Positions 9,820-20,290 are shown, numbered from the stretch's first letter. The stretch is DNA of 64,000 nt from Cyanobacteria bacterium auto_48_18 (GCA_036170915.1 JAVHQC010000029.1:160001-224000), one strand, 5' to 3'. Translations and numbers: made by a program. The notes: generated by a model not told the origin, from the letters alone.

Positions 9820-10314
9820 TTGGTTAGAGCAATCTATCCAGGTTCGTTCGATCCATTAACCTTGGGCCACCTAGATATCGTTCAGCGAGCGAGTAAGCTC
9901 TTCGATGAAGTGATTATGGCGGTGGTGGGTAATCCAGGAAAATCTCCTCTATTACTAGTAGATGTACGTAAGAGACTGATTACAGAAGCGGTAAAAGACC
10001 TAAAGGGCGTCACGGTAGGAGAGTTTCAAGGGCTGACAGTAAATTATGCGAAAGAAAATGGCTCCACCATTCTCATTCGAGGCTTACGAGCTATCTCAGA
10101 TTTCGAAGCAGAACTGGGAATGGCTCAAGCTAATAAACAACTTCTTCCTGAACTAGAAACTATTTTTCTCATGACAAAAGCCGAGTATTCTTTTATCAGC
10201 TCCTCGACCGTAAAGGAAATCGCCCGCATGGGCGGAGACGTATCGCAATTCGTTCCACGTTCTGTGAATGATCACCTTAAAGAGCATTTCAGCAGGGGTA
10301 TCTACCAACAATGA
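9820..10314 (+). CDS. coaD: phosphopantetheine adenylyltransferase
   Basis: AIYPGSFDPLTLGHLDI, RGLRAISDFEAE, ISSSTVKE; strong AAGGAGG RBS. Confidence 0.97.
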   Translation: MVRAIYPGSFDPLTLGHLDIVQRASKLFDEVIMAVVGNPGKSPLLLVDVRKRLITEAVKDLKGVTVGEFQGLTVNYAKENGSTILIRGLRAISDFEAELGMAQANKQLLPELETIFLMTKAEYSFISSSTVKEIARMGGDVSQFVPRSVNDHLKEHFSRGIYQQ

Positions 10315-11060
10315 CCATGATCACTGCACCGACAGCCCAGGCAGCCAACACCTTCAAGCAGACTACGATCTATAAGCACTTAGATTTGCTTGAGCATCTG
10401 ATTGACGATGCCGCCGGTGTCTACAAATTCAAATTCATCAATGCCGACGATTTCCTCGACGTGCTTGATAAAGCCAGAGCTCGCTTGCCCGAAGAGTTGC
10501 GTGAAGCAGCCGACGTGTTGCAACAAAGAGACGAAATTATTGCTGAGTCGCAACGGCGCTCAGAACAAATCATCACTACTGCTCGTCGCCAGGCAGAGAC
10601 CATGCTGCACGAGTCAGAATTGCTCAAAGCAGTGCAAGCTGAAGTTGAGCGCATTCGCAAACAAGTGGTGCAAGAAGTTGAACAGATGCGCCGCGAAGCA
10701 TTAGCTGAAGCCGAGCGCATCAGACTTGAAGCTGATGAAGACGCTGCCAAAATTCGTGAAGGCGCCGATCATTATGCAGAGCAAGTATTGACTCGCATGG
10801 AAACAGATCTGCAAGGTCTGGCCGTACGCGTTACCGAATCACAGCAAATTGTCAGAAACGGTCAGCGTCTGCTCGGTCAAGTAAAAAGACACGGCAGCTT
10901 GAGCCAACCTCTTGGACAACCAATGGGCGTTGGACCACAACTGACCACTCAGCAAATTGCTCAACAAATGATCAACGTTGCTCCACCTGCCGGCAGTGTT
11001 AACCAAGGCACCATGCCTAGCGGATTGACCAGCCCACTTCTGTCAGGTCGCTTCGAATAA
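10311..11060 (+). CDS. DivIVA-like coiled-coil protein (cyanobacterial Cdv3 type)
   Basis: LPEELREA..VL..RDEII, GADHYAE.VL, V.NG pattern; follows coaD with a 4-nt overlap. Confidence 0.7.
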   Translation: MTMITAPTAQAANTFKQTTIYKHLDLLEHLIDDAAGVYKFKFINADDFLDVLDKARARLPEELREAADVLQQRDEIIAESQRRSEQIITTARRQAETMLHESELLKAVQAEVERIRKQVVQEVEQMRREALAEAERIRLEADEDAAKIREGADHYAEQVLTRMETDLQGLAVRVTESQQIVRNGQRLLGQVKRHGSLSQPLGQPMGVGPQLTTQQIAQQMINVAPPAGSVNQGTMPSGLTSPLLSGRFE

Positions 11061-11081
11061 CAATTCGACAAATCAAAATTT

Positions 11082-11107
11082 AAAAAGAGGCAGCAATGCC
11101 TCTTTTT
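11082..11107. terminator. bidirectional intrinsic terminator
   Basis: AAAAAGAGGCA-GCAA-TGCCTCTTTTT between convergent genes. Confidence 0.85.
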
Positions 11108-12325
11108 TTATGGCTCCGCTTTTGGACTTACGCTTTCGGGCGTTCCCACCAGCGGTCTAGTCAGATCGATCTTGGCCGGGTTCGGCTTCATCGCTTTCAG
11201 TTCTGCTTCAAGCGCCGGGCGAGTTTTTTCGAAACCGGTATATACGATTGCGGTGACGGTACGAATCAGCTCATTAGCGCGACGATCATTGTGTGGTCTT
11301 TGCACTTGCATAGCCATAATGAGCTTGTGGCCATCAGGTGTTGTGATCACTCCGCAGTCGCCCACCATCGAACCAATGTCACCAGTTTTGTGAGCTAGTT
11401 TGGCACCAGGGGGAATGCCTTGATTAATCAGGGTGCGAGTCTTAGTACGGCCCATAATGTAACGCATACGGTTACGCCAGACGTCGCTCATGAGCTCGCC
11501 GCGCTCAACTCGTGCCAGTAGGTAAACCAGATCGTAAGGGCTGGTCTTATTGGTGCCGGCAAGATCGGCCAGTGGAGCATTAATGACTGTGTTCTTAAGG
11601 CCCCATTTTGCGAACTTTTTATTGACAGCTTTCTTGCCGCCAAGCAAATCGATAATCATATTGGTGGCAGTATTGTCAGAAATGATAATCATCAGTTCTG
11701 CCACATCAAGCAAAGGCAATTTGGTGCCCACCGGACGATACTGCAAGTGACCTGAACCACCAGCTATATGATCTTGCTTGATGCTCATCACCAGATTAGG
11801 ATCGACGTCACCATTGTCGATGGCATTCAATAGTGCCACCAACACAGGCACCTTGATCATGCTGGCAGCCGAATAAGAAGTCGAGCCCTGGTAGTCGAGG
11901 TAGGCACCAGTAGCAGGGTCAACAGCAAAAACGCCAGGAGTAAGCTTCTTCACCTGACAAACAAGGTTGACGCGCTCGCGGAGATTACTTAAGGGAGTGG
12001 TCAAAGCAAATGGTGCGGCCAGAGGAACTTCTATGTGGGCACCACCTGTAACACCTTCACAAGGTCCGGTCAGGGGTATTGCCAATGATTGACCGATGGT
12101 TAAAGCCATAGCTGCGGCCATGGCGCGCAGTAGTCTCTGCCCTGGTGGCAACTTACGTTTTTTCCGCACCACTCTTACTGAAATTGATTTCGTCGGTTTC
12201 TGTCTCAGCAGTGACACAAACGGCTTGAATTTAAACAAGCTGCTTGGCTTTGCAGTGGCTTTATTCTTGCCGGGTCTGGACAAACCAGGCGCGTCTTTAG
12301 TTTTCTCGGGGGCTTCTAGAGCCAT
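11108..12325 (-). CDS. class A beta-lactamase-like serine hydrolase (PBP-A type)
   Basis: SxxK (AASMIK), SDN and HKTG motifs; N-terminal TM. No Glu166-like residue evident in the omega-loop region. Confidence 0.88.
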   Translation of the reverse strand: MALEAPEKTKDAPGLSRPGKNKATAKPSSLFKFKPFVSLLRQKPTKSISVRVVRKKRKLPPGQRLLRAMAAAMALTIGQSLAIPLTGPCEGVTGGAHIEVPLAAPFALTTPLSNLRERVNLVCQVKKLTPGVFAVDPATGAYLDYQGSTSYSAASMIKVPVLVALLNAIDNGDVDPNLVMSIKQDHIAGGSGHLQYRPVGTKLPLLDVAELMIIISDNTATNMIIDLLGGKKAVNKKFAKWGLKNTVINAPLADLAGTNKTSPYDLVYLLARVERGELMSDVWRNRMRYIMGRTKTRTLINQGIPPGAKLAHKTGDIGSMVGDCGVITTPDGHKLIMAMQVQRPHNDRRANELIRTVTAIVYTGFEKTRPALEAELKAMKPNPAKIDLTRPLVGTPESVSPKAEP

Positions 12326-12516
12326 TCCTATAAGAACCCTTCGCGAAAATTATGCATGTAAAACTGCAGAGCAGTCAATATGCGGGACATATACTGGGCA
12401 TCATATCTGGTGTGAAACGTGTGATACCAGATGAGCCACCGCTATTCTAACTTAGCATAGCCGTAAGTCGAGTATCTGCAAGACCTCGGCACCAACTTTT
12501 AATGAAAGAAAAAAAT

Positions 12517-13041
12517 CTATTCTGGTTCAGATGCTTCTTCTTCGCAATATTTTTCCCATAAGCGTGGATAGACAGCCCTGAAATACGCTTTGTCTTCAAC
12601 GTCAAAGGGCTCGCCGTCTGGTGTCACCATGCTTTCTTCCCGAAAACGATCGTAGATGGCACCATCATTGTTGCGCTCTTCATAGACTTCGCAAGCGAGA
12701 AACAGAAACTCTTCGCAGTCGTCAATTTCTTCGGCATAGGCCAGCGAATCAGGCTCTGCCAGCGCTGCTTCATAAGTCTCTTTGCCTTTCATAATCAGGC
12801 CGGCGCGGAAATATTCAAAGCCATCATCCGCCAGCCCGCCGTTCATCACATGAGCGGCACCCCAGAGCTCCCAGCGATAAGCTCTATCCATCATATGATC
12901 CACCATCTCCTGAAAGGCGATGATGTCTTCGTCAGGCGAATTGTGCAGCAATTCCTTAAGCTTGGCAAGCTGTAACTCGCGGTCGCCATCGGCTTCTTCG
13001 ATGGATGTTGAAATAATGTACCAGAAGCCTTGCTCGTCCAT
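12517..13041 (-). CDS. DUF4240 family protein
   Basis: MDE..FW.II, LWGAA.VMNGG..DDGFEYFR..LI..G...YE.AL..PDSLA. Confidence 0.8.
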   Translation of the reverse strand: MDEQGFWYIISTSIEEADGDRELQLAKLKELLHNSPDEDIIAFQEMVDHMMDRAYRWELWGAAHVMNGGLADDGFEYFRAGLIMKGKETYEAALAEPDSLAYAEEIDDCEEFLFLACEVYEERNNDGAIYDRFREESMVTPDGEPFDVEDKAYFRAVYPRLWEKYCEEEASEPE

Positions 13042-13085
13042 TGAATACCTTCTACTTATTGATCTCGGTGTTATTGATCTTAGTG

Positions 13086-14072
13086 TTACTGATCTGGGGT
13101 TGCCTGATTGCGGGGATAAAACAAATAAAGCATCAGTAAAATTGCCGTAGCCAGACTAACAATATATTTTACCTGGGCACTGATGTCGGTGCGAGGAGAA
13201 ATAAATCCTTCAATTGAACCTGCCACCAAGAGCAGACCGATACAGCCGGCAAAGAGTTGCATCGCCGGTCTGGCCAGCAAGCGCAACGAATCAGCTCGAC
13301 TATTCTGGCCAGGAAAAAGCAGCGACTTAGCCAGTAAAAGCCCTCCGCCGCCGCTAATAAAGATGGCCGATAATTCTAAAACACCATGAGCGGCGATAAA
13401 GGCTAAAAGCTTATCAGCCATTCCATAATATTGACATACACCAAATACGGTGCCGATGTGCATGCCGTTACTAACAAGCACAAATACAGTGCCCAGGCCA
13501 AAAGTCATACCCAGAGCAAATGCAGCAATGGCCACACGAATGTTGTTGGTGGCAATTAAACTGGCAATGGCAGGGCTGTTATCTTGCACAGAATCGGTCC
13601 ACATGCGCTTGTGCTCAATCATGTGCCAGAGCTCGTCGGGCACCAGCGCTTGCCCCTTGGCCATTTCCATCTGACCAAAATGAACGTCGCGCCGCGCTTC
13701 TACATAGCAACCGATACCCGGCACAACACACAGCAGGAAAGCCACCAGCACATAGACAATATACTGTTGCACCAGGAGCGGAAAGCCGCGGCAAACAAAT
13801 CGCCACAAGCCTGCAAACCGGTCATCGTGAGTTTGGTAGACTTGGTTGTGCGCTTTCACCACGAGGTTATTTAGGTAGACCTGCACTTCAGAGCTCAATT
13901 TAAGAGCCCGTGCTCTTGATAAATCGGCTGAAGTGGCCCTGTACAAACGCCCCAGTTCTCTCAACTGCTGTCTGTCCAGACTTTTCAAACCTCGATTGTC
14001 GACGCGTTTGAGCAAATCCTCCAGCTGTTGCCATGACAACCTTTTTGTTTTGAGCCAGCGCTCTACATTCAT
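13086..14072 (-). CDS. stage II sporulation protein M (SpoIIM/DUF95) family membrane protein
   Basis: LYR..SADLS.AR, I.TNNI.VA, NG..IG, HGVLEL.AI, AG.IEGFISP. Confidence 0.88.
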   Translation of the reverse strand: MNVERWLKTKRLSWQQLEDLLKRVDNRGLKSLDRQQLRELGRLYRATSADLSRARALKLSSEVQVYLNNLVVKAHNQVYQTHDDRFAGLWRFVCRGFPLLVQQYIVYVLVAFLLCVVPGIGCYVEARRDVHFGQMEMAKGQALVPDELWHMIEHKRMWTDSVQDNSPAIASLIATNNIRVAIAAFALGMTFGLGTVFVLVSNGMHIGTVFGVCQYYGMADKLLAFIAAHGVLELSAIFISGGGGLLLAKSLLFPGQNSRADSLRLLARPAMQLFAGCIGLLLVAGSIEGFISPRTDISAQVKYIVSLATAILLMLYLFYPRNQATPDQ

Positions 14073-14106
14073 TCGATTCAGAAAACCTCAGGTACGCCGC
14101 CGACTT

Positions 14107-14871
14107 ATGCAACAGCCAGATTACTCTATCTCTACCCCTGAAAATGTGGACTTACACCTTGAAATAGCGGGGCTCGGCAACAGGCTATTGGCTCAGCTGG
14201 TAGATGGGCTGATAAGCATTGGCATGGCTTTGCTTATTATAATCGTGGCTCTGGCGCTGGCTCTTTTGATTAATGCCTTCCCCATGGCCAGCCAGAGCAA
14301 AAGCATCTGGTATGCCATTTTAGGCATGATTTCAGTATTTGTAATTTTCATTTTGGTCAACTGTTATTTCATTTTCTTTGAAGGCCTCTGGCAGGGTCAG
14401 ACCCCAGGCAAAAGGGTGGCGGAAATCAGAGTGATTGAAGCCAACGGCCAACCCATCGGTTGGGGTGGGGCTTTCATTCGCAACCTACTGCGCATGGTCG
14501 ACAACATTATGCTCGTCGGTCTCGTGATCATGCTTTTTGACAAAAATGAGCGCCGCCTGGGCGACATGGCTGCTGGAACCATTGTCATCCGCGAACGCAA
14601 AACTGATATTTCCACCACTCAACTGCTTTTAAGCGGCGCGCCGGGCACTAATTTGCTCGACATCGGCCGGGTCACACCTGCCGAATATGACCTGGTGGTT
14701 GATTTTCTCAAGCGCCGCAATTCGCTGGCCAAGTCTCATCGCCCTCTGGTGGCGCAGAAGCTGTCTAATTATTTCCACGAGAAACTCTCAGCACCAGCTG
14801 ATGCCGGGCTTGCTCCAGAAGCTTACATCGAGCAGGTCTATCATTCTTATCAAGCGCGAGCTAACGACTAA
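14107..14871 (+). CDS. RDD family membrane protein
   Basis: TPENV.L..E.AGLG.R..A..VD, GQTPGK, IRNLLR.VD, RRLGD..AGT. Start re-called at ATG 14107. Confidence 0.9.
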   Translation: MQQPDYSISTPENVDLHLEIAGLGNRLLAQLVDGLISIGMALLIIIVALALALLINAFPMASQSKSIWYAILGMISVFVIFILVNCYFIFFEGLWQGQTPGKRVAEIRVIEANGQPIGWGGAFIRNLLRMVDNIMLVGLVIMLFDKNERRLGDMAAGTIVIRERKTDISTTQLLLSGAPGTNLLDIGRVTPAEYDLVVDFLKRRNSLAKSHRPLVAQKLSNYFHEKLSAPADAGLAPEAYIEQVYHSYQARAND

Positions 14872-14880
14872 TAATTGCTA

Positions 14881-16020
14881 TTAGCTTGCGCTGTGGCTAA
14901 AAGACCGCTTGTCGATGTCTACATACTTGAGGTCCATTTCGCCAACATAGTCAGCGCGAGGACGAATCAAGCGGTTATTGGCATATTGCTCAAGCACGTG
15001 TGCTGCCCAACCTGACATGCGGCTGATGGCAAAAATTGGAGTGTACAAGTCATTCGGAATGCCAAGCATGTAATAGACCGAAGCTGAATAAAAGTCGACG
15101 TTAGGGTTGAGACCCTTGTCGGCTTTGACAATCTGCTCGATTTTGTAAGACATGTCGAACCACTTGGTGTCGCCTGCGCGTTTGCCAAGTTCTTGTGACA
15201 TCTTGCGCAAGTGCGAAGCGCGCGGATCTTCAGTTTTATAAACACGGTGACCGAAGCCCATTACTTTTTCGTGCTTCTCGAACATTTTGTCCAAATGAGG
15301 TTCAACGTTAGCGAGTGAGCCCATTTCAAGCAGCATTTTGATTACTTCTTGATTAGCGCCGCCGTGCAATGGCCCTTTGAGAGCACAAATACCAGCAGTG
15401 ATGGCGGAATGCATGTCAGTGAGAGTAGCAGCAGCAACTCTGGCTGCAAAAGTCGAAGCGTTGAGTTCATGGTCAGCATGCAAAATCAGAGCGATGTCGA
15501 GTGATTTGACACTGACTTCATCAGGCTCTTTGCCGCCGCTAAGCATGTACAAGAAATTGGCGGCCAGTGAGCCGTCTTCTTTAGGAATGACTATATCTTT
15601 GCCATTTCTAACCAGGTCCCAGTAAGCCACAAGAGTAGGCAATTGGGCTGTCAGGCGAATAGCTTTGCGAATATTGGCTTCGCGATTATTGTCTTCAGCG
15701 TCGGCGTCATACATAGAAAGCATGGAAACAGTTGTTCTCAAAACTTCCATTGGCAGCGCGTCTTTAGGAAACTGCTTCATAGCCGCAACCACATCGGCAG
15801 GAATGCCACGATTGGTGCGCAGACTTTTTGTCAGCGTAGCCAGTTCTTCTTTAGTGGGAAGATGACCGTACCAGAGCAAATGGATAACTTCTTCAAAAGT
15901 TGAATGCTCGGCCAGATCGTGAATATCGTAACCATGGTAAATAAGTCTACCGGCTGTGCCATCAACAGCACATATGGCTGACTCGGCCGCTACAACGTCT
16001 TCAAGACCACCCTTACCCAT
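14881..16020 (-). CDS. gltA: citrate synthase (short, Gram-positive/archaeal type)
   Basis: HADHELNASTF, GPLHGGAN, GFGHRVYK..DPR, PNVDFYS. A methylcitrate synthase cannot be excluded. Confidence 0.92.
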   Translation of the reverse strand: MGKGGLEDVVAAESAICAVDGTAGRLIYHGYDIHDLAEHSTFEEVIHLLWYGHLPTKEELATLTKSLRTNRGIPADVVAAMKQFPKDALPMEVLRTTVSMLSMYDADAEDNNREANIRKAIRLTAQLPTLVAYWDLVRNGKDIVIPKEDGSLAANFLYMLSGGKEPDEVSVKSLDIALILHADHELNASTFAARVAAATLTDMHSAITAGICALKGPLHGGANQEVIKMLLEMGSLANVEPHLDKMFEKHEKVMGFGHRVYKTEDPRASHLRKMSQELGKRAGDTKWFDMSYKIEQIVKADKGLNPNVDFYSASVYYMLGIPNDLYTPIFAISRMSGWAAHVLEQYANNRLIRPRADYVGEMDLKYVDIDKRSFSHSAS

Positions 16021-16105
16021 GACCAGATCCCCAAAATTAGTATGAACTAAGCATTTTTATACACCAAATGACATCAATCATCAGGCAAACCATAGCCTTA
16101 TCTTC

Positions 16106-18400
16106 ATGTCTGAGGCACTGCAAGGAAACCGGCACTTGTCAATGGCAAAATTAAATGCAGTGCCCCGGTCGACCCAGAGGGCGCAAAAAAGTGACTCAGA
16201 GAGGCAGCTTGCCTACTTGCGCAAAATCGTAAGGCGTCTCAAAACAAGCATTTTGGCATCTGGTCAAGCAGCCACTGCAAGTTTGGCCACAGCCCTGACG
16301 CAAGAACACAATCAGTGGCAAATCAGCTTGCCGGTCAAAATCATTGCCCATTTCAATCTGGCCATCAGGGGAATAGTGCCCCAGGCTATGGGAGATTCAG
16401 ACTTAAGCCGAGGCTTGCTGAGCCATTTAAACCGGCGATATTTTGATTCAGAAACGCAGGCTACCTTTAACTGCGGTACTTTCTCAGACACTTTGACTAG
16501 AGCATTGACCATCACTGAAGCAGATTGGTCAGGCACTTTGGCCGAACTCTTAAAGCAGGTTGATAGCTGTATTAAAGATCGCAAAGCGACAAAATATTCG
16601 CCACCCAGCCAGCAGCTGATAGAACTGGCAGACAATCGTCTGGCAGTCGGATGGGCTCAAGAAGCGCTGACCGATGAACTGACGCAAGTTTTTACACCTG
16701 AGGCCATAGGCCAATTTCTTGCTCAAGAAGTGCTCGCGACTGGCACAGACTGCCACAGCGCACAAATTCTCGATCCGGCCTGCGGGGCCGGCCATCTAAT
16801 TCTCCCCGCAGCAGAACGCTGGCTGGCCTTGCAAGAATTAAACAAAGAGACTGTGGTCACAGCTCTCAATAGCCTGTTCGCCGAAAAACTGATCGGCCTG
16901 GATATCGAGCAAAATCTTCTCAAGCTCAGCGGATTTGCTCTCTATTTATTAGCTATGGACACACTGGGGCAATTTTTCGATGCGTCAGATGCTGCAGCAG
17001 AGAGCTTCGGTGAGAGCCTAATTGACTTATCACTGCCACAACTTTTTCTAATAGAAGGAACCGGCGGCAGTCTGCAGTTGGGCGGCAGTGATACTTCTGC
17101 GTTTGATTTAATTGATTTGATTGATCTCGAGGGGGCCAGGCGCAAAGCCTCTGAGCTTCCCGCAAAATATATTCAAATCATTATGAACCCGCCGTATCTG
17201 AGTACGCGCACTATGGACGGTGCCACTGCTTCTTACTTGAAAAACCATTATCCTGATTGTGCCGGTGATCTCTACACGGCATTCATAGAGTTAGCAATAC
17301 GAATGCTCGCGCCCGGTGGACGACTGGCAACAATTGTGCAGCAGAGTTTTTTATCTATTCAGCGCTATCGCAATTTTCGCTTGCGCCTGATTGAACAGTG
17401 CCACATCGCTTCGTGCTTAACGCTTGGACATGGCAGCTTCAGCTCGCGCCCTGGCGAAAAAGTCAACAGCGCTTTGCTCACACTTGAACTCAAAGAAGAT
17501 TGCGTAGCGACTAAAACCAACACACTTGTTTATGGGCAAACAGACATAGAATTTTTGACAAAGCCACAGAATCTAAATAGCGTTGACGAAATTGAGGCAC
17601 TAAATATAGTGCGACAAATTAGCGGTAACCCGTTTGCCTTCGATTGCCCGGCACAACTAGCCGGTCTGTTCGCAGAACATCAGCAGTTAAAAGATATCGA
17701 AGGAATCACAATTACCAATGGTCTCTTTACTTGCAACAATAAGCTGTTCGTTTGTCTCGATCAAGAGATCGCCCTAAGCGATAAAGATAATTATGTCGCT
17801 TATGATAAAGGAGGCGGGCAAAAGTGGTATCACAAAACTAATTATCGATTACGCTGGCAAAATGATGGCGCTGAAATTCGAGAATATCGCAAAGCCCGCG
17901 GACAATCATGGATGCTGCCTGGTGAAGAATTTTATTTCAAGCCGGGAGTGACTTATTCGTACATTGGCACGACCGGCTTTAAGGCACGCTTGTTAAGCGA
18001 AAATGCTGTTTTCGATATCGCCAGCTCCGCACTGTTTTCACAAAAAACAGATTTATTGTATCTGCTCGGTTTTCTCAATTCTTCACTGGCAATTTATTTG
18101 CTGGGAGTGCTGAACCCCACAGTGAATTTCCAGGTCGGCGACCTCAGGCGTCTTCCGTTTAAATTGCCATCGCCGGATCTTGAACGCAGTGTTGCCGCTC
18201 TGGTGGCTGAGGCAGTAGCTTTGAGCCGATATCTGGAAGAGAGTCGGCTTGCTGAAAATAACTCAGAGTTTGGCCTGATAGCCGAGCAAGAAGCAGCGAT
18301 TCAAAGCAAAATTGACGATTGCATCAGTAATCACTATGGCATTGCCGAAAGCAATCGCGCGCTTATCTCGGCAAATAACTGGGTTCTAAATAGTCGCTAG
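16106..18400 (+). CDS. N6-adenine DNA methyltransferase, PglX/Eco57I-like
   Basis: QVFTP, DPACGAGH (motif I), MNPPY (motif IV), DLY.AFI, KGGG.KWY, F.PGVTYS, LNPTVNFQVGDL..LP. Confidence 0.85.
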   Translation: MSEALQGNRHLSMAKLNAVPRSTQRAQKSDSERQLAYLRKIVRRLKTSILASGQAATASLATALTQEHNQWQISLPVKIIAHFNLAIRGIVPQAMGDSDLSRGLLSHLNRRYFDSETQATFNCGTFSDTLTRALTITEADWSGTLAELLKQVDSCIKDRKATKYSPPSQQLIELADNRLAVGWAQEALTDELTQVFTPEAIGQFLAQEVLATGTDCHSAQILDPACGAGHLILPAAERWLALQELNKETVVTALNSLFAEKLIGLDIEQNLLKLSGFALYLLAMDTLGQFFDASDAAAESFGESLIDLSLPQLFLIEGTGGSLQLGGSDTSAFDLIDLIDLEGARRKASELPAKYIQIIMNPPYLSTRTMDGATASYLKNHYPDCAGDLYTAFIELAIRMLAPGGRLATIVQQSFLSIQRYRNFRLRLIEQCHIASCLTLGHGSFSSRPGEKVNSALLTLELKEDCVATKTNTLVYGQTDIEFLTKPQNLNSVDEIEALNIVRQISGNPFAFDCPAQLAGLFAEHQQLKDIEGITITNGLFTCNNKLFVCLDQEIALSDKDNYVAYDKGGGQKWYHKTNYRLRWQNDGAEIREYRKARGQSWMLPGEEFYFKPGVTYSYIGTTGFKARLLSENAVFDIASSALFSQKTDLLYLLGFLNSSLAIYLLGVLNPTVNFQVGDLRRLPFKLPSPDLERSVAALVAEAVALSRYLEESRLAENNSEFGLIAEQEAAIQSKIDDCISNHYGIAESNRALISANNWVLNSR

Positions 18401-18508
18401 CATTGACGAAGTTTAAGAGGAGCCGTGGCTCGCTTCAGCAGAACTACCCCGAGCACGCATGGTAAAACTGTAGCAACAAATCTACAGTGCCAGAAGGCAA
18501 TTTAATCA

Positions 18509-20290
18509 GTGAAACTTTCGCAAAAAGGTCTAATTCTTGTTCTGGTGCCGGTAGCCTTCGAATTTTTATTTGTCGGCGTTCTGTTTTACATGTTGCAGCA
18601 GTCAGAGCTTGAGTTGACCCGCGCTGAAAATGCCAGGCAAATCGTCACGCACCTAAATCGAGTGCAGAGACATTTGCTGATTTTCATCAGCGGTTTAACT
18701 CCGTATGCAGGCCTTGAAAGTGCAAAAGGGCGGGCCCGCACTGAACAGTCGATGAATGCCATCAATGGCGAAATTGATGCTTTAAAACTTTGCTTAAAGG
18801 ACAAACCAGAGCAACTCGCCACCATTGAAAATATGCAACAGATGTGGAAAGAGGCGCAAGACATTTCCATCACGCTTAAAAGTTCCATGGCCGCCAACAC
18901 ACTTTACGACACTGCCAGCAGCATTAGTAAGGGTAGGCGAATGATGGCAGTGCTGCTGAAACAGTCAGACGAGGTGAGGCAGCAAACCGAAGCTATCGAG
19001 GCTGATAGCCCCATAAGACAAGCGGAAAACCGCGAGAATATGAAAAAGCTGCTGCTGGCCGGTCTTGCTGTTAATGTGCTTCTGGCACTCAGTCTTGCCA
19101 TTTCATTTAATAAGGTTTTGGCGAGAAGGCTAGCAATTGTAGTGGACAACACCAGGCGCCTTGCCAGTGCTAAACCGCTCAATCAGCCTCTCAGCGGCAA
19201 CGATGAGATTGCTGAACTAGATAAAGTGTTTGGAAAAATGGCGGCAGCCATCAGTGCCTCTCAACAGAAAGAACGAGCATTACTAGACAATGCCGTCGAT
19301 ATAATTTGTTCACTTGATCACGCTTGCACCATATCTGACATAAGCCCAGCCTGCATGAAGTTATGGGGTTATGCGCCCGAAGATTTGCTCTCAAGGCGAA
19401 TCTTAAGCCTTGTGGCCGAAGAAGACACAGACCAAACTAAGGCACAATTTGACGCAATTAAGACCAGCGGCAATACAGAAAATATTGAAAATCGCATCAG
19501 GCGCAAAGACGGCAGCATGATTGACATGCTCTGGTCTGTGAGCTGGGTCGCCAGCGAAAAAGCATTCTTTTGCGTCGCGCACGATGACACCGACCGCAAA
19601 AATGCCGAACGTATGAAGGCAGATTTCGTCTCAATGCTCAGCCATGACCTGCGCTCACCTTTAAACTCTATTCAAGCATTTGTCTGCATGATTAAAGAAA
19701 AGGTTTATGGCACACTAGACGAACGTGGCATGAGACAGGCCATTGCTCTAGACGAAACCATTACCTGGCTGATTGAAATGATTAGCAACTTGCTCGACAT
19801 CGATAAAATTGAAGCCGGTCTTTCTGAACTTGAATTAGATAAGCAATCACTCAAAGGTCTGCTCGAACAAGCCAATAATGCTCTTTCAAATTCGGCTGAA
19901 GCAAAAAAAATAGCAATAATACTTCCGGCCAACGACGCCATGGCGCTGGTAGACAGTGGTCTATTTATGCGTGTTTTGACTAACTTGCTTTCAAACGCCA
20001 TCAAATTTTCGTCACCCGGCTCTGAGGTCAGAATAATGCTGGAAAGAAAACCTGAAATGGTAACCATCAATTTTATAGACCAGGGGCCAGGCATAGCTGC
20101 AGCCGACCAGGCGACCATTTTTGAACGCTACAAGCAGATCAAAGGGCAATCGGAACAGAGGCGCGGTTCTGGGCTTGGACTGGCAGTCTGTAAGACCATT
20201 GTCGAACAGCACAAAGGCACCATTGGAGTAACAAGCACTCCAGGGCAGGGCAGCACCTTCTGGGTGCGCCTGCCGGCGGCTGATGCGTAA
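18509..20290 (+). CDS. membrane HAMP-PAS sensor histidine kinase
   Basis: Two TM segments, HAMP (GNDEIAEL), PAS (WGY.PEDL), SHDLRSPL, NAIKF, DQGPGI, GSGLGL. Confidence 0.93.
   Translation: MKLSQKGLILVLVPVAFEFLFVGVLFYMLQQSELELTRAENARQIVTHLNRVQRHLLIFISGLTPYAGLESAKGRARTEQSMNAINGEIDALKLCLKDKPEQLATIENMQQMWKEAQDISITLKSSMAANTLYDTASSISKGRRMMAVLLKQSDEVRQQTEAIEADSPIRQAENRENMKKLLLAGLAVNVLLALSLAISFNKVLARRLAIVVDNTRRLASAKPLNQPLSGNDEIAELDKVFGKMAAAISASQQKERALLDNAVDIICSLDHACTISDISPACMKLWGYAPEDLLSRRILSLVAEEDTDQTKAQFDAIKTSGNTENIENRIRRKDGSMIDMLWSVSWVASEKAFFCVAHDDTDRKNAERMKADFVSMLSHDLRSPLNSIQAFVCMIKEKVYGTLDERGMRQAIALDETITWLIEMISNLLDIDKIEAGLSELELDKQSLKGLLEQANNALSNSAEAKKIAIILPANDAMALVDSGLFMRVLTNLLSNAIKFSSPGSEVRIMLERKPEMVTINFIDQGPGIAAADQATIFERYKQIKGQSEQRRGSGLGLAVCKTIVEQHKGTIGVTSTPGQGSTFWVRLPAADA

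Noticed and set aside
13933..14106. Long 5' extension of the RDD gene overlapping SpoIIM
   Set aside because: Family similarity starts at ATG 14107; the extension is an ORF-caller artefact.
16106..18400. Complete BREX or restriction-modification system
   Set aside because: Only the methyltransferase is present; the neighbours are citrate synthase and a kinase.
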